In this document: positions 63,101 through 64,000 of the stretch, one piece after another
How the letters are laid out: every line of letters starts with the position of its first letter
How positions within the stretch are numbered: position 1 is the first letter of the stretch
Assembly (NCBI RefSeq): GCF_001194135.2
Contig: NC_068982.1
Span: 627,424-691,423, forward strand
Length of the DNA: 64,000 bases
Origin: Octopus bimaculoides
Taxonomy: Eukaryota
Direction: 5' to 3'
Made by a program: the position numbers and the translations under genes
The notes under the pieces: generated by a model
The model's database searches: none
What the model was told of the DNA's origin: nothing
The model's input: the letters and a program-made list of their open reading frames with translations, nothing else

Positions 63101-63294
63101 CTTAATAAATATATATATGTATATATATACACATACTGAAGGGGGCTATTTTATTGTTATTTCCAGTCTTGCAAACCTGAGACGACGCGTGCTAGCAGCT
63201 GGTCACCCATGTGGTGGGTGCTGGTAGCATTTGCAATATTCATTTTCATATGCTGTATCATCCTCATCATTGCTCTGTTCCTGCTTTATAAAAA
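1621..63294 (+). CDS. 22-exon segment of a long non-classical cadherin (CDH23/PCDH15/Cad87A-like): 1 partial + 8 complete EC repeats, membrane-adjacent domain, TM helix; open at both ends
   Basis: All 22 exons have AG/GT borders and compatible phases; the joined translation has no stop and shows recurring cadherin motifs (DxNDNxP, AxDxD, LDYE/LDRE, F.I...TG.I). Family assignment is from architecture; orthology not established. Confidence 0.93.
1923..2040 (+). mobile_element. tRNA-derived SINE family A (partial)
   Basis: Head ggcgagctgg.agaatc.ttagcac...gagttcaaa; at least 14 related copies in window. Confidence 0.8.
2521..2809. mobile_element. possible hAT-type MITE
   Basis: Imperfect inverted termini caggggtactcaac / gttgagaaccgcta; no clear 8-bp TSD. 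Confidence 0.4.
2900..3370 (-). mobile_element. two adjacent SINE family A copies separated by (AAT)n
   Basis: Reverse complement of family A at about 2900-3112 and 3155-3370. Confidence 0.85.
3472..3960 (+). mobile_element. R4/Dong-like LINE RT fragment
   Basis: [40 protein letters not shown]...LPVEQKG...[12 protein letters not shown]; starts directly after an (AAT)n run. Confidence 0.82.
4133..4211 (+). CDS. cadherin exon 2
   Basis: ttcatag|(T)[26 protein letters not shown]|gtaagt; phase 2 to 0. Confidence 0.9.
4665..4775 (+). mobile_element. RTE 3'-tail fragment
   Basis: aggaagggcatccag...aaactctgcc...ggacgttaaatgatgatgat, same tail as the RTE at 45635-48360. Confidence 0.8.
5335..6745 (+). 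mobile_element. RTE/BovB-like LINE 5' part (APE endonuclease), 3'-truncated
   Basis: ORFs 5702-6175 and 6182-6775: [13 protein letters not shown]...LSETRL...VSVYAPT...LGDFNARVG...LDYILV...WTDHCLV; one in-frame stop. Confidence 0.93.
6985..7390 (+). mobile_element. Penelope-like non-coding repeat fragment with hammerhead-like core (7264-7289)
   Basis: Related copies at 42065-42232 and 45470-45615; ctgaaga-gccaaggccc-gaaacgta. Penelope assignment is inference from the motif. Confidence 0.55.
7458..7530 (+). CDS. cadherin exon 3
   Basis: ttctaag|[24 protein letters not shown]|gtaagt; phase 0 to 1. Confidence 0.9.
7651..9760 (+). mobile_element. R4/Dong-like LINE RT plus C-terminus, degenerate, interrupted at 8978-9574
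   Basis: [73 protein letters not shown] | [26 protein letters not shown]. Confidence 0.87.
8978..9574. mobile_element. head-to-head inverted dimer of a tRNA-headed SINE with hammerhead-like cores; 14-bp TSD
   Basis: Arms about 9011-9300 and 9310-9564 are reverse complements; direct repeat TATCACCCACATCC at 8964-8977 and 9575-9588; A/B-box-like head on minus strand at about 9235-9305. Confidence 0.85.
10605..11130 (-). mobile_element. two RTE 3'-tail copies flanking an N gap
   Basis: 10605-10790 and 10945-11130, similar but not identical, both ending at ...acgtgtcatatg. Confidence 0.85.
12070..12235 (-). mobile_element. SINE family A
   Basis: gaaagatgaaaggcaaagttgacc...gaattcagag...gctcaccgtc. 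Confidence 0.75.
12370..13220 (+). mobile_element. R4/Dong-like LINE C-terminal region
   Basis: [92 protein letters not shown]. Confidence 0.85.
13345..13548 (+). mobile_element. SINE family A
   Basis: gagctggaagaatggttagcatgccg...cattctttcggggtcgataaattaagta...gtagaaaagattattatt. Confidence 0.82.
14800..14990 (-). mobile_element. mariner transposase C-terminal remnant
   Basis: [33 protein letters not shown], resembling the mariner C-terminal helix. Confidence 0.65.
15016..15206. mobile_element. mariner-derived MITE
   Basis: ta|cgagggtcggctgaaaagttcata ... tatgaacttttcaaccc..ta; same TIR as element at 21105. Confidence 0.7.
15900..16738 (+). mobile_element. Penelope-like element: RT C-terminus plus GIY-YIG endonuclease, 5'-truncated
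   Basis: Open frame 15965-16738: [14 protein letters not shown]...LPYISTYNP...CGQPNCTTC...[14 protein letters not shown]...NYIGST..SLRCR..LH...KETFFIEK. Confidence 0.92.
17510..17810 (+). mobile_element. tRNA-derived SINE family C
   Basis: A/B boxes tggcttagtgg...aagttcaatt, then gtgtccttgagcaagac core; second copy 49650-50150. Confidence 0.8.
18099..18277 (+). CDS. cadherin exon 4
   Basis: ttgcag|(G)[59 protein letters not shown]|gtatga; phase 1 to 0. Confidence 0.95.
18505..18700. mobile_element. SINE-like repeat family B
   Basis: gactgtggccatgctggag...gaccccaggacttattctttg...gccgaaccgctaag; fragments also near 22935, 30110, 33410, 42760, 52995. Confidence 0.7.
20121..20247 (+). CDS. cadherin exon 5
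   Basis: ctgcag|[42 protein letters not shown]|gtgagt; phase 0 to 1. Confidence 0.95.
20315..20440 (-). mobile_element. SINE family A (partial)
   Basis: gaaaggatgaaagtcaaccttggtggaatttgaactcagaacg. Confidence 0.75.
21105..21460 (-). mobile_element. mariner element 3' end (TIR plus transposase C-terminus)
   Basis: ta|cgagggtgggctgaaaagttcata TIR; minus frame [24 protein letters not shown] (YSPDLAP motif). Confidence 0.88.
21634..21779 (+). CDS. cadherin exon 6
   Basis: tttcag|(K)[48 protein letters not shown]|gtaaga; phase 1 to 0. Confidence 0.93.
23422..23775 (-). mobile_element. RTE RT fragment with internal deletion
   Basis: [17 protein letters not shown]...[13 protein letters not shown]|VAARIRIAW...; same family as 45635-48360. 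Confidence 0.9.
24400..26640. other. unidentified intronless, microsatellite-free, coding-like relic (TE or retrocopy)
   Basis: About 1.8 kb unique sequence, less AT-rich than flanks; 121-codon minus ORF 25176-25541; weak Copia-like words on plus strand. Confidence 0.3.
26710..26946. repeat. (TTC)n with periodic CCAA interruptions, running into a 614-N gap
   Basis: Directly visible. Confidence 0.97.
27585..27795 (+). mobile_element. SINE family A
   Basis: gttagtacggtgggcaaaatacttaacagc...gttcaaattt...gtagaaaggattattattat. Confidence 0.75.
28138..28279 (+). CDS. cadherin exon 7
   Basis: tttcag|[47 protein letters not shown]|gtgagc; phase 0 to 1. Confidence 0.93.
29815..30020 (-). mobile_element. 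SINE family A
   Basis: atcgaccccgaaagaatgaatgcaaagttgacctcggtggaatttgaactcagaac. Confidence 0.82.
30595..30825 (+). CDS. cadherin exon 8
   Basis: ttacag|(A)[76 protein letters not shown]|gtatgt; phase 1 to 1. Confidence 0.92.
31050..31246 (-). mobile_element. SINE family A
   Basis: cctttctactataggcacaagg...gtcgatctcggcggaagttgaactcagaacg; a further partial copy at 31800-31925. Confidence 0.85.
32002..32165 (+). CDS. cadherin exon 9
   Basis: ttccag|(G)[54 protein letters not shown]|gttcgt; phase 1 to 0; weak donor. Confidence 0.9.
32690..33090 (+). mobile_element. R4/Dong-like LINE extreme 3' end
   Basis: [35 protein letters not shown]...[19 protein letters not shown] followed by putative 3' UTR. 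Confidence 0.75.
33644..33689. repeat. interstitial telomeric-type repeat (CCCTAA)6 plus one variant
   Basis: ccctaa x6 then cccttaccct. Confidence 0.95.
34108..34254 (+). CDS. cadherin exon 10
   Basis: atgcag|[49 protein letters not shown]|gtaagt; phase 0 to 0. Confidence 0.94.
35398..35517 (+). CDS. cadherin exon 11
   Basis: ttgcag|[40 protein letters not shown]|gtaaat; phase 0 to 0. Confidence 0.94.
35540..35730 (+). mobile_element. RTE 3'-tail fragment
   Basis: gtggttggtgttagggagggcatccagctgtag...ccaacccatgccagcatggaaa...aatgatgaagatgatg. Confidence 0.78.
37245..37432 (+). mobile_element. SINE family A
   Basis: ggcagtgagccggcagaatcattagcacgccggg...catcctttcggggtcgac...gtagaaataatt. 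Confidence 0.85.
37707..37893 (+). CDS. cadherin exon 12
   Basis: ttttag|[62 protein letters not shown]|gtattt; phase 0 to 1. Confidence 0.96.
39430..40335 (-). mobile_element. RTE 3' UTR with internal 60-66 bp tandem array
   Basis: (CAT)n tail at 39430; recurring tttt(c)acgtgccac units; extends into RT C-terminal sequence at about 40300. Confidence 0.85.
41100..41700 (-). mobile_element. Penelope-like GIY-YIG remnant
   Basis: [12 protein letters not shown]...[26 protein letters not shown]...[14 protein letters not shown]. Confidence 0.8.
41740..42060 (+). mobile_element. possible pseudo-LTR or LTR-like segment
   Basis: GC-richer block with tataaaaagggg and degenerate gaagaggcc...ggccgaaac motif, adjacent to the Penelope remnant. 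Confidence 0.4.
42273..42499 (+). CDS. cadherin exon 13
   Basis: tttcag|(G)[75 protein letters not shown]|gtgcaa; phase 1 to 0; weak donor. Confidence 0.91.
42914..43687 (+). mobile_element. pogo/Tigger-type non-autonomous DNA transposon
   Basis: TA TSD; TIRs ccgtaaatactcgagtata / tatactcgaggatttacgg; acidic tail [12 protein letters not shown]...[13 protein letters not shown]. Confidence 0.88.
44393..44569 (+). CDS. cadherin exon 14
   Basis: ttttag|[59 protein letters not shown]|gtaagt; phase 0 to 0. Confidence 0.95.
45299..45412 (+). CDS. cadherin exon 15
   Basis: gatcag|[38 protein letters not shown]|gtaagt; phase 0 to 0. Confidence 0.93.
45635..48360 (-). mobile_element. RTE LINE (EN C-terminus, RT with PHD-like insert, 3' UTR, (GAT)n tail), degenerate
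   Basis: [18 protein letters not shown]; QFDYILDR; FIDMEKAFD; KTKVL; FCYLGDQ; MLHGSETW...RRLRWYGHV; multiple frameshifts. Confidence 0.94.
49300..49432 (+). CDS. cadherin exon 16
   Basis: ttgtag|[44 protein letters not shown]|gtaaga; phase 0 to 1. Confidence 0.92.
49650..50150 (+). mobile_element. SINE family C interrupted by a piggyBac MITE
   Basis: Colinear with the 17510-17810 copy on both sides of the insertion. Confidence 0.8.
49699..49920. mobile_element. piggyBac-type MITE (222 bp)
   Basis: TTAA|ccctttcgttac ... gtaacgaaaggg|TTAA; perfect 12-bp TIR and TTAA TSD. Confidence 0.92.
50458..50586 (-). mobile_element. SINE family A (partial)
   Basis: tatcgaccctgagaggatgagag...gaatttggactcagaatgtaaagacag. 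Confidence 0.7.
52220..52459 (+). CDS. cadherin exon 17
   Basis: ttccag|(C)[79 protein letters not shown]|gtgagt; phase 1 to 1. Confidence 0.95.
52690..52900. repeat. 15-bp minisatellite (GTGCAGTTGTGCAAT)n with a 10-N gap
   Basis: About 13 near-identical units. Confidence 0.97.
54367..54844 (-). mobile_element. Tc1-type internally deleted transposon
   Basis: TIRs caggggttggacaaaa / ttttgtccaacccctg; minus frame [42 protein letters not shown]. Confidence 0.9.
55103..55392 (+). CDS. cadherin exon 18 (last EC repeat)
   Basis: tcacag|(V)[33 protein letters not shown]...[13 protein letters not shown]...[20 protein letters not shown]|gtaagt; phase 1 to 0. Confidence 0.93.
55500..55690 (-). mobile_element. 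SINE family A
   Basis: ggcacaaggcc...atcgaccccagtactcaactggtac...gaaatgatgaaaggcaac. Confidence 0.7.
55690..56290 (+). mobile_element. Penelope-like GIY-YIG C-terminus plus hammerhead-like core
   Basis: [27 protein letters not shown] / [12 protein letters not shown]...NNLHSRME...CLHFRKFLL; ctgatga...gcgaaac at 56225-56267. Confidence 0.75.
56465..56630 (-). mobile_element. tRNA-derived SINE (family D)
   Basis: Minus strand ggcacaagtgtgg...ggtaagaagtttgcttcccaaccacatggttctggattcagtcc...accttggacaagtgtcttct. Confidence 0.6.
56664..56752 (+). CDS. cadherin exon 19 (start of membrane-adjacent domain)
   Basis: gatcag|[29 protein letters not shown]|gtaagt; phase 0 to 2. Confidence 0.88.
57020..58265 (+). 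mobile_element. CR1/Jockey-group LINE RT, degenerate
   Basis: LLNPNQ(H)[66 protein letters not shown]. Confidence 0.92.
58290..58690 (-). mobile_element. Penelope-like GIY-YIG remnant
   Basis: [13 protein letters not shown]...[24 protein letters not shown]. Confidence 0.82.
59630..60075 (+). mobile_element. RTE 3' UTR fragment
   Basis: Same tail family as 45635; ends gcggacgttaaacgacgacgacgatgatgat. Confidence 0.85.
60257..60343 (+). CDS. cadherin exon 20
   Basis: tttcag|(S)[28 protein letters not shown]|gtaagt; phase 2 to 2. Confidence 0.87.
61011..61153. repeat. degenerate 13-bp minisatellite (TCCTCTGTAAGAG)11
   Basis: Eleven consecutive 13-nt units with substitutions but no indels. Confidence 0.88.
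61429..61555 (+). CDS. cadherin exon 21
   Basis: tttcag|(R)[42 protein letters not shown]|gtatgt; phase 2 to 0; donor chosen because it fits the phase of exon 22. Confidence 0.82.
63167..63294 (+). CDS. cadherin exon 22 (transmembrane helix)
   Basis: ttccag|[42 protein letters not shown]|gtaagt; about 25 hydrophobic residues then Lys; phase 0 to 2. Confidence 0.92.
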
Positions 63295-63354
63295 GTAAGT
63301 ACCTCTCCGATTCGCCTCTTTTACCAATGATCTCAACTACACAGACGTATATTA

Positions 63355-63500
63355 AGGCAGCAAGCTGGTGGAATCGTTAGCATGCCGGACAAAACGTTTA
63401 ATGGCATTTCGTTTGTCATTATGTTCTGAGTTCAAATTCCCTCAAGGCTGACTTTGTCTTTCGTCCTTTCAACTTATGCCCTGAGCTTGTGAAACCATTA
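63355..63500 (+). mobile_element. SINE family A (partial)
   Basis: ggcagcaagctggtggaatcgttagcatgccggacaaaacg...gttctgagttcaaattcc. Confidence 0.78.
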
Positions 63501-63639
63501 TATATATATATGAATTATAGAAATTTATCAGAAGCCAAAGCTTTTGTGTCACCCAGTGACAAAATATGATAAAATACCTGAATTTCTTGTATATTTTACA
63601 TTTTATTTACATTAGATGCAACAAAAATACTATCCATTA

Positions 63640-64000
63640 AATACCCTGGACCTGGAGGGACTGCAATCCCAGAGGCAGAGGCAGTGTGAGACCTGGGCAT
63701 TTACATGAGTAATGATGCATCCTTTCATGTGCATATTGCTAAATTGGCAATGAAATGCAGGCGACTGACCGGATGGATTCTTAGGACTTTAAAAACAAGA
63801 GATCAGGAAACCATGATGGTCCTCTGGAAGACACTTGTCCTAAGCCACTTTGACTATTGCTCTCAGCTATGGTCACCAACCAGTGTCAAATTAATCTCAG
63901 AACTTGAGGCAATCCAACGAAGCTAAACGAAGAAGATAGCCTCTATGCAGCATATAAGCTATTGGGAAAGACTCAAGAGATTAAGACTTTATTCCTTAGA
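63640..64000 (+). mobile_element. CR1/Jockey-group LINE RT C-terminal region
   Basis: VRDLGIYMSNDASFHVHI...WILRTLKTRD...LWKTLVLSHFDYCSQLWSP...LEAIQRS*...YWERLKRLRLYSL. Confidence 0.9.

Overview
This is AT-rich, microsatellite-dense metazoan genomic DNA with nine N-gaps. The repeat families most resemble Octopus (inference, not a database result). The window lies inside one plus-strand gene: I traced 22 GT-AG exons from 1621 to 63294 whose splice phases all join without a stop (3356 nt, about 1118 codons). They encode one partial and eight complete cadherin (EC) repeats, a membrane-adjacent non-EC domain and a transmembrane helix, i.e. a long non-classical cadherin of the CDH23/PCDH15/Cad87A type. 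The 5' exons and cytoplasmic tail are outside the window. The introns hold decayed retroelements (RTE, R4/Dong-like, CR1-like, Penelope-like), tRNA-type SINEs, Tc1/mariner, pogo and piggyBac derivatives, and tandem repeats. The most notable observations are: a regular 'two Ca-binding linkers, one Ca-free linker' rhythm in the ectodomain; a TSD-flanked head-to-head dimer of a tRNA-headed SINE with minimal hammerhead-ribozyme cores, plus other hammerhead-like cores; a PHD finger inside an RTE reverse transcriptase; microsatellite-adjacent R4/Dong-like LINEs; inverted repeat pairs bracketing exons; and an unidentified 2 kb coding-like relic. TE boundaries are approximate unless TIRs or TSDs are quoted.
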